Shown piece by piece: positions 8,254 through 17,350 of a stretch of DNA of 64,000 nt (positions are counted from its first letter, which is position 1; each line of letters opens with the position of its first letter). The stretch comes from a virus: the IMG/VR virus record IMGVR_UViG_3300034101_002201, positions 1 to 64,000 of that record, one strand, 5' to 3'. The position numbers were made by a program, and so were the translations under genes. Below the pieces are notes generated by a model. The model saw only the letters and a list, made by a program, of their open reading frames with translations. It searched no databases and was not told the DNA's origin.

Positions 8254-8583
8254 TTATTCAGATTGTACGTCGTATACTGTATTTTTTGCATTTAGATCGA
8301 ATGATACATTATATGTTTTCTGTACTGTGGTATCACCGGTGCTAGAAGTAGCTCTTGTAATTCTATATCTTGTTGGTCTATCATCAGAAGGTAATACTAA
8401 AATTCCAGATGCAACTTTGTCTACGACAGAATATAGAAATTCACCAACTTCTCCACTGTTAGAAGCAGAAAAACTTTCTAAATTTGCATATGGAATAAAT
8501 ACCCCTCCAGAACCACCAAGAGTTGTATATGTAAAATTAGGAAAAAATCTGGTTGGAAATCCAGACGCAGCTGCAAAAGCCAT
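8254..8583 (-). CDS. Hypothetical protein, possibly virion-associated
   Basis: AAGGAG SD on - strand, own GTGTATA motif and terminator; S/T/G-rich. Confidence 0.75.
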   Translation of the reverse strand: MAFAAASGFPTRFFPNFTYTTLGGSGGVFIPYANLESFSASNSGEVGEFLYSVVDKVASGILVLPSDDRPTRYRITRATSSTGDTTVQKTYNVSFDLNAKNTVYDVQSE

Positions 8584-8628
8584 AATATATCTCCTTATAA
8601 GGGACTAATTAACGAGTACTCAGATTTA

Positions 8629-8635
8629 TATACAC
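8629..8635 (-). promoter_or_regulatory. GTGTATA putative late promoter (class C)
   Basis: TATACAC on + = GTGTATATAAAT on -, ~45 nt before the minus-strand start. Confidence 0.55.
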
Positions 8636-8651
8636 AAAAATAGGAAGCAAT

Positions 8652-9002
8652 ATGAATTTTAAAGAAGCATTGAGACTAAACATTGGCGATAGAATTTATG
8701 CTCATTCTGGAGAAATATTGATAATATCTGGATGGCATCAAAATTTTGAAAATCCCTGCATAAATGATGATTTATATTTTCATTGTGTTGACACTGCGTT
8801 AAATTCAGTACAATATAGATATGACGAACTTTGTGGCCCAGAATTATGCGATGAGGACAAGATGTTTGCAGAATGGTACTCAAATGAATGTCCAAAAAAT
8901 GACCATATAATCCAATACTTAAAATCTGCTTTTATGAGAGGATTTCAGTGTGGATATTCACATAAAAAGCTTGTATCTTGCGAAGATCAACTACAAAAAT
9001 AA
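8652..9002 (+). CDS. Hypothetical protein
   Basis: AGGA SD; 116 aa. Confidence 0.65.
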   Translation: MNFKEALRLNIGDRIYAHSGEILIISGWHQNFENPCINDDLYFHCVDTALNSVQYRYDELCGPELCDEDKMFAEWYSNECPKNDHIIQYLKSAFMRGFQCGYSHKKLVSCEDQLQK

Positions 9003-9003
9003 T

Positions 9004-9243
9004 ATGTTTAAAATCATAGAAGTTAAGAGTTGGGCAAAACGCTGGGGATATTCTATCATTAAAGAGAAAGATGATAGTATAAATGGAGCAAGTTATTATT
9101 GGTGCAAAGATTCTGATACAAATGCCACGGGAGTTGCTCTAAGTGTCAGCAAAGTTGCCATGGCAATATACAACCATATGACAGAAAATAAATGGGTTGA
9201 TCATCAAAAACAATATGGAGAAATCATAGATGAGCCAAGTTAA
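9004..9243 (+). CDS. Hypothetical protein
   Basis: ORF track 8950..9243; ATG 9004 follows previous stop. Confidence 0.6.
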   Translation: MFKIIEVKSWAKRWGYSIIKEKDDSINGASYYWCKDSDTNATGVALSVSKVAMAIYNHMTENKWVDHQKQYGEIIDEPS

Positions 9244-9880
9244 ACTAATTAATGTTACTCCAGATGCTGAAAAAAATATAGCATATTGTGCTAGAGTAAG
9301 CAATCCAAATAATCAAGAAAATGAAAATTATGCCAAACTTTTAAAGTATTGCATAGACCACCAACATTGGAGTGTATTTGAGCATGGTTTTATGACTCTA
9401 GAAATAAATACAACTAGAGGTCTTGCCGCTCAGATTCTAAGGCATAGAAGTTTTACTTTTCAAGAATTTTCACAAAGATATGCCGACACAACCCTTTTAG
9501 GTGAAGACATTCCTGCATTTGAACTACGTCGCCAAGATAACAAAAATAGGCAAAACAGCATAGATGATATCGATCAAGAAGTAATCGTTAAGTGGAATAC
9601 TCAAATTAGAGAACATTTTGCTAAGGCTAAATCTTTATATGACGGTATGATAAAAGATGGTATAGCAAAAGAGTGTGCCAGATTTGTGTTACCTTTAGCT
9701 ACTACGACTAGAATATATATGAGTGGCAGTATAAGATCGTGGGTACACTATATTGATCTACGATCTTCTAATGGTACTCAAAAAGAGCATATGATAATAG
9801 CAAATGATTGTAAAAAAATTTTTAGTCAACAATTTCCATTAATTAGCGAGGCTTTAGGCTGGAATGAAACTCAAACTTGA
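9230..9880 (+). CDS. thyX: FAD-dependent thymidylate synthase
   Basis: RHRSFTFQEFSQRY ThyX motif, HWSVFEH, ECARFVLP. Confidence 0.96.
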   Translation: MSQVKLINVTPDAEKNIAYCARVSNPNNQENENYAKLLKYCIDHQHWSVFEHGFMTLEINTTRGLAAQILRHRSFTFQEFSQRYADTTLLGEDIPAFELRRQDNKNRQNSIDDIDQEVIVKWNTQIREHFAKAKSLYDGMIKDGIAKECARFVLPLATTTRIYMSGSIRSWVHYIDLRSSNGTQKEHMIIANDCKKIFSQQFPLISEALGWNETQT

Positions 9881-10166
9881 AATGTCAGAGAGCGATATTG
9901 TTCGTGCCATGCGTGATAATAAATACTCACCATTAGAACTATTAGCATCACGATTTTTTAAGGAAGATGTAAAAAACGTTGAAGTCACAAATGATTCAAT
10001 TATATTATGGGATGATTCTATTAATGACTATAATTCATATCGATATTGTACAGAAGATATAGAAACAATAGTTTCTTTCATTGATGAATGGGCAGATTAT
10101 ATTGATGGTCATTTAGTAGACTTTGCAGTAGAACCAATATCTTTTTGTGTAGAAGAGAACCCTTGA
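9864..10166 (+). CDS. Hypothetical acidic protein
   Basis: 100 aa ORF overlapping thyX end. Confidence 0.6.
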   Translation: MKLKLEMSESDIVRAMRDNKYSPLELLASRFFKEDVKNVEVTNDSIILWDDSINDYNSYRYCTEDIETIVSFIDEWADYIDGHLVDFAVEPISFCVEENP

Positions 10167-10185
10167 AAAAAATTAATGTAGCCGC

Positions 10186-10213
10186 TTGACAGTGCCGATA
10201 ACTCTGGTATACT
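10186..10213 (+). promoter_or_regulatory. Sigma70-like promoter with CGATAA spacer element (class A)
   Basis: TTGACA-16 nt-TATACT with extended TG; same architecture at 15991. Confidence 0.75.
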
Positions 10214-10259
10214 CAAAGCACACACAGCACTTAAGCACTTTTTTAGGAGATTAGCAATT

Positions 10260-12392
10260 ATGAAACTTCACGCTAGTACGAACGTTATTGAGAAGTCCGG
10301 TCAGTTTGAAGAGTCCAAGTTCAGCATTGAAGCATCGTCTAAGGCATTCTTTATTCTTTCTGACGGTCTTTATTCTAACAAGATTCTCGCAGTTGTTCGT
10401 GAACTCTCTACTAATGCCTACGATTCTCACGTTGAGGCTGGCAAGGCAAACGTACCCTTTGACGTTCATATTCCCACTGCTATCTCGCCCGTATTCTCTA
10501 TCCGTGACTACGGCACTAGCATGGATCATGAAAACTGTATGCAACTCTATACTACGTATTTCCGTAGTACCCGAAACAATAGCAATGATGCCGTTGGTTG
10601 TCTTGGTCTGGGCAGCAAGGCTCCCTTTGCATATTCCGATAGTTTTACCGTTGAAGCTTATCTTGATGGTACTCGTAGGCTTTATACTGCCTATAAGGAC
10701 GAGAGTGGCAATCCTGTCTTCTCTTTGATGGATGAGTCTGATACCAGCGAACAGAATGGTATCAAAGTTTCTATCAATGTGAATGATCATGATATCAACC
10801 GATTTCAGCATGAATCGCACCATGTTTATGAACACTTCAATGTAAAGCCAAACTTTGTGGCTTATAAGCCCTCATTCCGTAGCATTGATAAGGTTCTGGC
10901 TGGAACCAACTGGTACTTTGATGACAATGCTAGAGAGAATGTTATTGTTATGGGTCAAATCTCATATCCAATTGACGTTAACCAGCTTACTGCTAATGGT
11001 GACAAGTCTTTTCAGCGTCATCGTGAATTCATTGAGTATTCCAACGGATTGAGAATCTTCGTGAACATTGGAGATGTTGACATTACTCCTAGTCGTGAGT
11101 CTCTTTCCTATAGTCGAGACACTAAGAAGAACATTCTTAGCATGATTGACAATATCATTAACGAGATTGCTGTTAAGATTGAAGAGCAAATTGCTAGCCA
11201 ACCTTCTTTGTTCAAGGCTCGTATGAAATATGTTCAGATTAGCAATCAGTGTTCTTCTATCAATACTGCTGTTCAGTCTCTTCAAAAGTCTATCACTTGG
11301 AATGACATGAAGCTTTTCGATAGTGTTGCTGGAGAATATATTAACGCTAAAGACAGTGGTATTAACTTGATGGAAAAGTCTCAGTATCGTTCTAAGGTCG
11401 ATATTAAGTACGGTGTTGAGCGTATTGTATTTAACACGCACACTAAGTTTTTTATTGATAACCTTACTAGGGGTGGAGTTAGCCGAATTCGTCAGTATAT
11501 GAAGGAGAACGGCGGCTCTCAGGCTTATTATGTCTATAAGCTTAAGGAAAGCGAGACTATTGACAACTGCCGCTTGTATGGTATCATGGGTGATGCCGAT
11601 CAGACAGATGTTGTCTTGACCTCAACTCTTGACAAGGTTAATTACAATCGTTCTAGTTATGGGTTCACAAACTCTGGTCCTGTTGTACAGGCACGGGTTT
11701 TCAATGAAGAAACTGGTCGATTTGAGGATTGCAACATGAGCGTAAAGTATGAGAATGCTCACTATTTCACAGAGTCTAAGGGTTCTGTTGAAATTGATTC
11801 TCACGAAGTTGATGTCAGTTTTCTTGAAAACGTACTTGAATATGTTTGCAAGAATCACTCTGAAATGGTTGAAGATGCTACGTTTTATATTGTGAAGCCT
11901 TCTGTTGTAAAGAATAGGAAGCTTGATGAGCGTGGTAACTGGACCCGTGGTGTTAACGTACTTGAAAAAGTTTTTGATCATGCCACAAAGACCAACAAGC
12001 AAAATATTATTAATGTTAATCGTAGGGTTCCACTTTCAAATGAGCGATATGATCGATGGAAGGATATCATTACGATGACTTCTAACAGTGAAGTCAAGAG
12101 CATCATTAATGAATACAACGAATATTGCTCCAGCATTAATAACATTGCAACAGAAATGAACATGATTTACAGCATGTCAAAAATGTTGCCCAATGTTGAA
12201 AAGGTTAGTTTTAGCGATGTAAAACTTGATGATAATAAGTTCGCCAGCAAGTTTGATAAGGAAATGAAGAAGTATCCTATGCTCAGACTGCTTTCGATTC
12301 CTTGGAATGACACTGATAGGAAGCTTGTTGCTGACTATATCGATACTGTTGAATCGGGTCTGAAGGCCCAAACTGTTCTTAACTCACTGTGA
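10260..12392 (+). CDS. rIIA: rIIA-like protein (N-terminal GHKL ATPase)
   Basis: LYSNKILAVVRELSTNAYD, IRDYGTS, GLGSKAPFAY, DITPSRESLSY; followed by rIIB. Confidence 0.9.
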   Translation: MKLHASTNVIEKSGQFEESKFSIEASSKAFFILSDGLYSNKILAVVRELSTNAYDSHVEAGKANVPFDVHIPTAISPVFSIRDYGTSMDHENCMQLYTTYFRSTRNNSNDAVGCLGLGSKAPFAYSDSFTVEAYLDGTRRLYTAYKDESGNPVFSLMDESDTSEQNGIKVSINVNDHDINRFQHESHHVYEHFNVKPNFVAYKPSFRSIDKVLAGTNWYFDDNARENVIVMGQISYPIDVNQLTANGDKSFQRHREFIEYSNGLRIFVNIGDVDITPSRESLSYSRDTKKNILSMIDNIINEIAVKIEEQIASQPSLFKARMKYVQISNQCSSINTAVQSLQKSITWNDMKLFDSVAGEYINAKDSGINLMEKSQYRSKVDIKYGVERIVFNTHTKFFIDNLTRGGVSRIRQYMKENGGSQAYYVYKLKESETIDNCRLYGIMGDADQTDVVLTSTLDKVNYNRSSYGFTNSGPVVQARVFNEETGRFEDCNMSVKYENAHYFTESKGSVEIDSHEVDVSFLENVLEYVCKNHSEMVEDATFYIVKPSVVKNRKLDERGNWTRGVNVLEKVFDHATKTNKQNIINVNRRVPLSNERYDRWKDIITMTSNSEVKSIINEYNEYCSSINNIATEMNMIYSMSKMLPNVEKVSFSDVKLDDNKFASKFDKEMKKYPMLRLLSIPWNDTDRKLVADYIDTVESGLKAQTVLNSL

Positions 12393-12393
12393 C

Positions 12394-12401
12394 GCTATAA
12401 T
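12394..12401 (+). promoter_or_regulatory. GCTATAAT element (class B)
   Basis: In rIIA-rIIB spacer ahead of AAGGAG SD. Confidence 0.5.
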
Positions 12402-12420
12402 AAGTTTAAGGAGACACAAA

Positions 12421-13290
12421 ATGAAATACATTATTGCAAATGACGGTACTGTTACTGCGGTTGTTAGTGGTCAGGCATATTGCTTTGGCAAGTCGCACCC
12501 TAACTATAATAAGTTGATCAATCATCTTAAGAATAACAATGTCGAACACTTTGAGGCTTCTTACGATATTATTTCGCATGTTAATGCTTACTGCGATGGA
12601 TATGTAAATTGCCAAGATGGTGGCTTGAGTTGGGATGGAATTAAGATGCCCGATATGTTTACTGGAACAATCCTTGATATGATTAAGCAGGGTTTCCCTT
12701 TTGAGCCTATGTTGAACTTCCTTGATAATCTTAGCCAGAATCCATCTGACCATGCTGTTATTGAGTTGTTCGACTTTATGGAAAACAAGAACATGCCCAT
12801 TACTTATGATGGTTGTTTCTTGTCCTATAAGGCTGTACGCGAAGATTACAAGGATATTTATTCTGGTACTTTTGATAATCGTGTTGGTTCTATTTGCGAA
12901 GTCCAGCGTAGTAAGGTAGACAGCAATCGTGACAACGGCTGTGGTAAGGGTCTACACGTTGGTGCTATTGATTATGCTAAGAGTTATGGTGGCATTGATA
13001 TTGATAATGATAATGACGGTGGCGGCAATCGTCTAATGATTTGCAAGGTTAATCCACGCGATGTTGTTAGCGTACCAAATGATTCTAAGTTTCAAAAGCT
13101 TCGCACTTGTCGATATGAAGTTGTATCTGAATTTGATAGTATTTTTGATAAGGTTGTTCATATGACCGGCGATGATATTGAACATGTTAATCGTAAGAAG
13201 CGTAACCGGGATTGGGTTGTTGAGGTTACGGCAAAGATGGATAGACTTAATAGAGTTCTTTCAAAGCGTAGGCAGGCTGTTAGTGTTTGA
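12421..13290 (+). CDS. rIIB: rIIB-like protein
   Basis: PITYDGCFLSYK, CGKGLHVG, KVNPRDVVSVP, KLRTCRYEV. Confidence 0.9.
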   Translation: MKYIIANDGTVTAVVSGQAYCFGKSHPNYNKLINHLKNNNVEHFEASYDIISHVNAYCDGYVNCQDGGLSWDGIKMPDMFTGTILDMIKQGFPFEPMLNFLDNLSQNPSDHAVIELFDFMENKNMPITYDGCFLSYKAVREDYKDIYSGTFDNRVGSICEVQRSKVDSNRDNGCGKGLHVGAIDYAKSYGGIDIDNDNDGGGNRLMICKVNPRDVVSVPNDSKFQKLRTCRYEVVSEFDSIFDKVVHMTGDDIEHVNRKKRNRDWVVEVTAKMDRLNRVLSKRRQAVSV

Positions 13291-13301
13291 TTGTGTGTCA
13301 A

Positions 13302-13337
13302 AGCCGATGGGGGAAGAAATTCCCCTGTCGGTTTTTT
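13302..13337 (+). terminator. Intrinsic terminator
   Basis: GCCGATGGGGGAA-GAAA-TTCCCCTGTCGG plus T run. Confidence 0.85.
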
Positions 13338-13351
13338 CTTTGGAGTAACTA

Positions 13352-14395
13352 ATGAATATTAATAACGATACAAAACTTGATTTCGATGATGTCCTACTCG
13401 TTCCACAGAGATCCAGAGCCGCCTCACGGTCCTTGGTTGATGTAAATAGAACATTTAAATTTTTCCATTCATCTTTGGAGTGGAGTGGCGTTCCAATAAT
13501 GGCAGCAAATATGGATACCACCGGCACATTTGAAATGGCAGAATCTCTCTCAAAGAAAAAGTGCATCACATGCCTACACAAACATCATAATGTAGAAGAT
13601 TATATAGAAAATCTCCAAGATTTAAATACATTTTGGTACAGCATGGGAATCAGCGATGAAGAAGTTAGCAAACTAAGGAAAATAGTTGATAGAATAGAAG
13701 ATATACCAAATATCTGTATTGATGTTGCTAATGGATATACCGATAAGTTTGTAGACCATTGTGCAAAAATAAGGGAGAAGTTTGGAACTAGGCCCGTTAT
13801 AATGGCTGGCAATGTATGTACCCCAGAAATGGTTCATGAATTAATTCTTCATGGTGGCGTTGATATCGTGAAGGTTGGAATTGGGCCGGGATCAGCATGT
13901 ACCACAAGATTGAAAGCTGGAGTTGGATATCCTCAACTTTCTGCTATAGATGAATGCTCCCATGCCGCTCATGGATTAAAAGCAAAGCATAAGCACTTGG
14001 GATTAATTTGTGCAGATGGCGGTTGTAGGACTCCAGCAGACGTTGTAAAAGCATTTGCTGCCGGTGCAGACTTTGTGATGCTTGGAGGAATGATTGCTGG
14101 CACAGAAGAGTGTAGTGGAGAATGGAGTCATATAAACGGTAGCAGGGTTCTTACATTCTATGGAATGAGTTCCCACGCAGCACAGGAAAAATATGGTGGA
14201 ATTAAAAATTATAGGGCCAGTGAAGGTCGAGTAAAAACGGTAGAATATAAGGGCGAGGTATCAGATGTTATTGACGATATATTGGGTGGCATAAGAAGTG
14301 CCTGTGCATATGTTGGGGCAGACAGTATAAAAGACTTACCAAAATGTGCAGAGTTTGTTAAAGTCAATAGAGTACACTTTGATAAAACCGTATGA
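13352..14395 (+). CDS. guaC: GMP reductase
   Basis: AANMDTTGTFEMA, IDVANGY, KVGIGPGSACTTR, YPQLSA, FYGMSS; no CBS domain. Confidence 0.92.
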   Translation: MNINNDTKLDFDDVLLVPQRSRAASRSLVDVNRTFKFFHSSLEWSGVPIMAANMDTTGTFEMAESLSKKKCITCLHKHHNVEDYIENLQDLNTFWYSMGISDEEVSKLRKIVDRIEDIPNICIDVANGYTDKFVDHCAKIREKFGTRPVIMAGNVCTPEMVHELILHGGVDIVKVGIGPGSACTTRLKAGVGYPQLSAIDECSHAAHGLKAKHKHLGLICADGGCRTPADVVKAFAAGADFVMLGGMIAGTEECSGEWSHINGSRVLTFYGMSSHAAQEKYGGIKNYRASEGRVKTVEYKGEVSDVIDDILGGIRSACAYVGADSIKDLPKCAEFVKVNRVHFDKTV

Positions 14396-14832
14396 GTTTG
14401 CAGAATTTTAAATGGGATATAAGATTTTTAGACTTAGCCAAACTAGTCTCTGGTTGGTCTAAAGATCCATCTACAAAAATTGGTGCAGTTATAACAGATG
14501 AGGACAATCGCGTTGTATCTATTGGATATAATGGTTTTCCAAAAAAATTAAATGATGATGAGCGACTATGTGATCGTGAAACAAAGTATAAAATGATTAT
14601 TCACGGCGAGATGAATGCAATACTATTTGCAAATAGATCTCTTAATAATTGTATATTGTATACTTATCCTTTTATGCCGTGTCCAAGATGTACATCTATG
14701 GTAATACAGACTGGAATAAAACGAATAGTATCATATAAAAATACTAATGAGAGATGGGAAGAAGAATTCAAATTATCACTTTCATTGTTTAAAGAAGCAA
14801 ATATAGAATATATGGAATATAATCATGAATAA
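14392..14832 (+). CDS. dCMP deaminase
   Basis: WSKDPSTKIGAV, GYNGFP, HGEMNA, PCPRC. Confidence 0.92.
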   Translation: MSLQNFKWDIRFLDLAKLVSGWSKDPSTKIGAVITDEDNRVVSIGYNGFPKKLNDDERLCDRETKYKMIIHGEMNAILFANRSLNNCILYTYPFMPCPRCTSMVIQTGIKRIVSYKNTNERWEEEFKLSLSLFKEANIEYMEYNHE

Positions 14833-15031
14833 TAGCCGCTCTCTAGCTGAAATATTAGATATAATAGAAGACTGTATGCATTCTAATAAGCTTGAATTTT
14901 TAGCTAAATTAATTCTAAAATTAGAGAGCGAATATATAGAGATAGCTAGAATTACAACAGATGATAATTATGATAGTAAATGGACTCACAAAGAGGTATT
15001 AGATTACATTACTTACGAAAGAACGCCATGA
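14825..15031 (+). CDS. Hypothetical protein
   Basis: Overlapping ORF in operon. Confidence 0.55.
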   Translation: MNNSRSLAEILDIIEDCMHSNKLEFLAKLILKLESEYIEIARITTDDNYDSKWTHKEVLDYITYERTP

Positions 15032-15051
15032 TGTTTTTGGTTATTCATCTG

Positions 15052-15059
15052 GCTATAAT
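15052..15059 (+). promoter_or_regulatory. GCTATAAT element (class B)
   Basis: Intergenic, ahead of AAGGAG SD of 15085. Confidence 0.55.
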
Positions 15060-15084
15060 ATATTAAAGAAAAGGAGAAAAATCT

Positions 15085-15267
15085 ATGTCAGTTATTGAGA
15101 TGGCAAAAGCACATGTTCAAAATGTCTTACAGAGAACAGAAGAGTTGGCGAAGCAACAAAAATTGCTTCAAAATGAAATAGACCAATTAAAGGTTTATGC
15201 AGATAAGTGTGTAAGTGAAATTCAAGCTTTTGAAAATGAAAATAGCAAAGAAGGAGAAAAAAGATGA
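15085..15267 (+). CDS. Small coiled-coil protein
   Basis: Strong SD; heptads. Confidence 0.65.
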   Translation: MSVIEMAKAHVQNVLQRTEELAKQQKLLQNEIDQLKVYADKCVSEIQAFENENSKEGEKR

Positions 15268-15581
15268 AATATAGTGAATTCCTAAATAAAATTTCTAATA
15301 TAGCCAGTTCTTATCATTGGGATGTTAATGATAATAGACTTATAGCTACCATACAAAGCGGATACTATAAGGGACATACATTGAATCCAATTACTGCACT
15401 GGCTCATAAGTCGGGATTTGGATTTTTTCAAAATAATAGAGAAGATACAGAATTTGCAGCAAGGCTATTAGGTATTCCAAGATCTTTTGCACGAAATGTT
15501 TATAGTGCAACTCTTGCTACATACAATCGTGGCAATACACAGGTTTTACGAGGAAAAATTCGTTCAGCATTGGAGGTATGA
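15264..15581 (+). CDS. Hypothetical protein
   Basis: AAGGAG SD; 105 aa. Confidence 0.7.
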   Translation: MKYSEFLNKISNIASSYHWDVNDNRLIATIQSGYYKGHTLNPITALAHKSGFGFFQNNREDTEFAARLLGIPRSFARNVYSATLATYNRGNTQVLRGKIRSALEV

Positions 15582-15585
15582 TAGT

Positions 15586-15918
15586 ATGAATATTAATACA
15601 TGGTTAGGGTGCGGCAGATTAACAAAGGATGCCGAAGTTAGTACAACTCAAAAAGGTACTTCAATGGCAAAGTTCCGTATGGCTGTTAATGACCGTCGTA
15701 ATGAAGATACCTTATTTCTAAATATTCTTTGCTTTGGCAAAATGGCCGAAGCACTTAAAGATCATTTGAAAAAGGGAAGACTAGTTGGCGTTCAAGGAAA
15801 GTTAAAGATTGATGATTATCAAGATAAGGATGGCAATCAAAAGAATTCTATCTGCGTCATGGCCGATGAAATTTCTTTAGGGCCGTCTGGAATTGTAGGG
15901 CAAGATTCTAAAGAGTGA
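15586..15918 (+). CDS. ssb: Single-stranded DNA-binding protein (no long acidic tail)
   Basis: GRLTKDAE, FRMAVN, FGKMAE, KKGRLVGVQGKL; GGAGG SD. Confidence 0.9.
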   Translation: MNINTWLGCGRLTKDAEVSTTQKGTSMAKFRMAVNDRRNEDTLFLNILCFGKMAEALKDHLKKGRLVGVQGKLKIDDYQDKDGNQKNSICVMADEISLGPSGIVGQDSKE

Positions 15919-15942
15919 ATTCTGCCTCTAGTCTAAATGAGA

Positions 15943-15978
15943 GTGGCCCGCTAGCACACGCTACGGGCCATTTTTTTT
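15943..15978 (+). terminator. Intrinsic terminator
   Basis: TGGCCCGCTAGC...GCTACGGGCCA plus T8. Confidence 0.85.
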
Positions 15979-15990
15979 AATGTTTCGACC

Positions 15991-16018
15991 TTGACTATGA
16001 CGATAATTGTGGTATGAT
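15991..16018 (+). promoter_or_regulatory. Sigma70-like promoter with CGATAA spacer element (class A)
   Basis: TTGACT-16 nt-TATGAT with extended TG, just after a terminator. Confidence 0.7.
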
Positions 16019-16035
16019 ACACGAAGAGGTTAATT

Positions 16036-16413
16036 ATGAATCCACAACCAGACCCCATTATCGGCAATATCATAGCATTACTGTTTGTTTTGACAACCAT
16101 ATTTTATGCTGTAAAGGCTATTTTTGAGAACCAAACTTTTCAATTAAGTGATAACTTTGTTATTGGATATATTGAAACAGACCCAATAATAATTAATGAA
16201 GTCCACAATGATCACGAAACTCACTCAGCAAAAACAAAACAGTCTATAGATTGGCAAAGTCAGCAATTATATACAGATTGTATAAATGCTTTAGTAGCAC
16301 TTGGAATGAAAAAAAAGGATGCAAAGAACAAAACGATACTTGTATTTTCAACATCGAATCCGCAACCAAAAACTATACAAGAATTTTTGATGATAGCATT
16401 AAAATTACCATGA
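16036..16413 (+). CDS. Membrane-anchored protein with RuvA C-terminal-like domain
   Basis: N-terminal TM helix; DCINALVALGMKKKDA...TIQEFLMIALK resembles RuvA domain III. Confidence 0.6.
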   Translation: MNPQPDPIIGNIIALLFVLTTIFYAVKAIFENQTFQLSDNFVIGYIETDPIIINEVHNDHETHSAKTKQSIDWQSQQLYTDCINALVALGMKKKDAKNKTILVFSTSNPQPKTIQEFLMIALKLP

Positions 16414-16817
16414 ATATAATAGATCAATCTTTAGAGATAGCATTAAGTTTATTGCCACAAGCAAAAGAAGACAGACAAACCAAAAATAAATTTTTCCATT
16501 TTGCTTTTGGTTATAAGCGTAATAAACTATTAGCTATTGGTCAAAATAATCCAGAAAAAACCCACACTAAAGCTTTAATGCTTGCAAAAAGATTCAATAC
16601 TAATCTTGAACATCCTCATTTTCATGCAGAAACAGACTTGATATCTAGATTGTGGGGAAAGCATTATATAGACAGTAGTTTAAAAATGGTTATACTGCGA
16701 TTGAATAAACGCGGTGAACTAAGGTTTAGTAAGCCATGTAAGAGATGTAATATGATCATTCAGTCTCTTGGTATAAATAAAATCTGGTGGAGTATAGACA
16801 ATGGATTCAATGAATAA
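16410..16817 (+). CDS. Zn-dependent cytidine-deaminase-fold protein
   Basis: HAE and KPCKRC motifs; ATG 16410 coupled to previous stop. Confidence 0.8.
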   Translation: MNIIDQSLEIALSLLPQAKEDRQTKNKFFHFAFGYKRNKLLAIGQNNPEKTHTKALMLAKRFNTNLEHPHFHAETDLISRLWGKHYIDSSLKMVILRLNKRGELRFSKPCKRCNMIIQSLGINKIWWSIDNGFNE

Positions 16818-17349
16818 CTTAAAAGGCATGAGAACATATCTGGTTGGTGCTATGGATAGAATCCCAGACGGTGGAGTTACTTGGAGAAGACGTATAACTG
16901 GGATTTTAGAAAAAATGGGAATAATTGTTATTGATCCATGCGACAAGCCAATCTCTGGTGTAGTAGAGAATGAAGAAACTCGACACTGGATAGAATATTA
17001 CAAAGAAACAGAACAATATGATAAAATAAAAGAAAAATTTGCAATCATACGAAGTGCAGATTTAAGGTGCGTCGATGTTTCCGATTTTATAATTGCTCAC
17101 ATAGATTTGAACATACATGCTTGCGGAACCTATGAAGAAATAGTTACTGCGAACAGGCAAAAAAAGCCCGTTCTAGTATGGTGTGAGCAAGGTAAAAAAC
17201 AAGCACCAAATTGGTTATTCTTCATGTTGCCACATGAGCATATTTTTAACTCTCTTGGTGATATAATAAAATATTTAGATTACGTTAATTCAGAAACAGA
17301 AACTACAAAATTAAAAAGATGGGTCTTCTTCAAATATAATAAGGTGTAA
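16801..17349 (+). CDS. Nucleoside 2-deoxyribosyltransferase / nucleotide N-glycosidase-like protein
   Basis: TYLVGAM, DLRCVDVSDFII, GTYEE, KPVLV. Confidence 0.75.
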   Translation: MDSMNNLKGMRTYLVGAMDRIPDGGVTWRRRITGILEKMGIIVIDPCDKPISGVVENEETRHWIEYYKETEQYDKIKEKFAIIRSADLRCVDVSDFIIAHIDLNIHACGTYEEIVTANRQKKPVLVWCEQGKKQAPNWLFFMLPHEHIFNSLGDIIKYLDYVNSETETTKLKRWVFFKYNKV

Positions 17350-17350
17350 A

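Noticed and set aside
8327-8608. Plus-strand 93 aa ORF
   Set aside because: Shadow of the minus-strand gene that has SD, promoter motif and terminator
10251-12800. Many long antisense and alternate-frame ORFs over rIIA/rIIB
   Set aside because: No SDs or motifs; explained by codon bias of the sense genes
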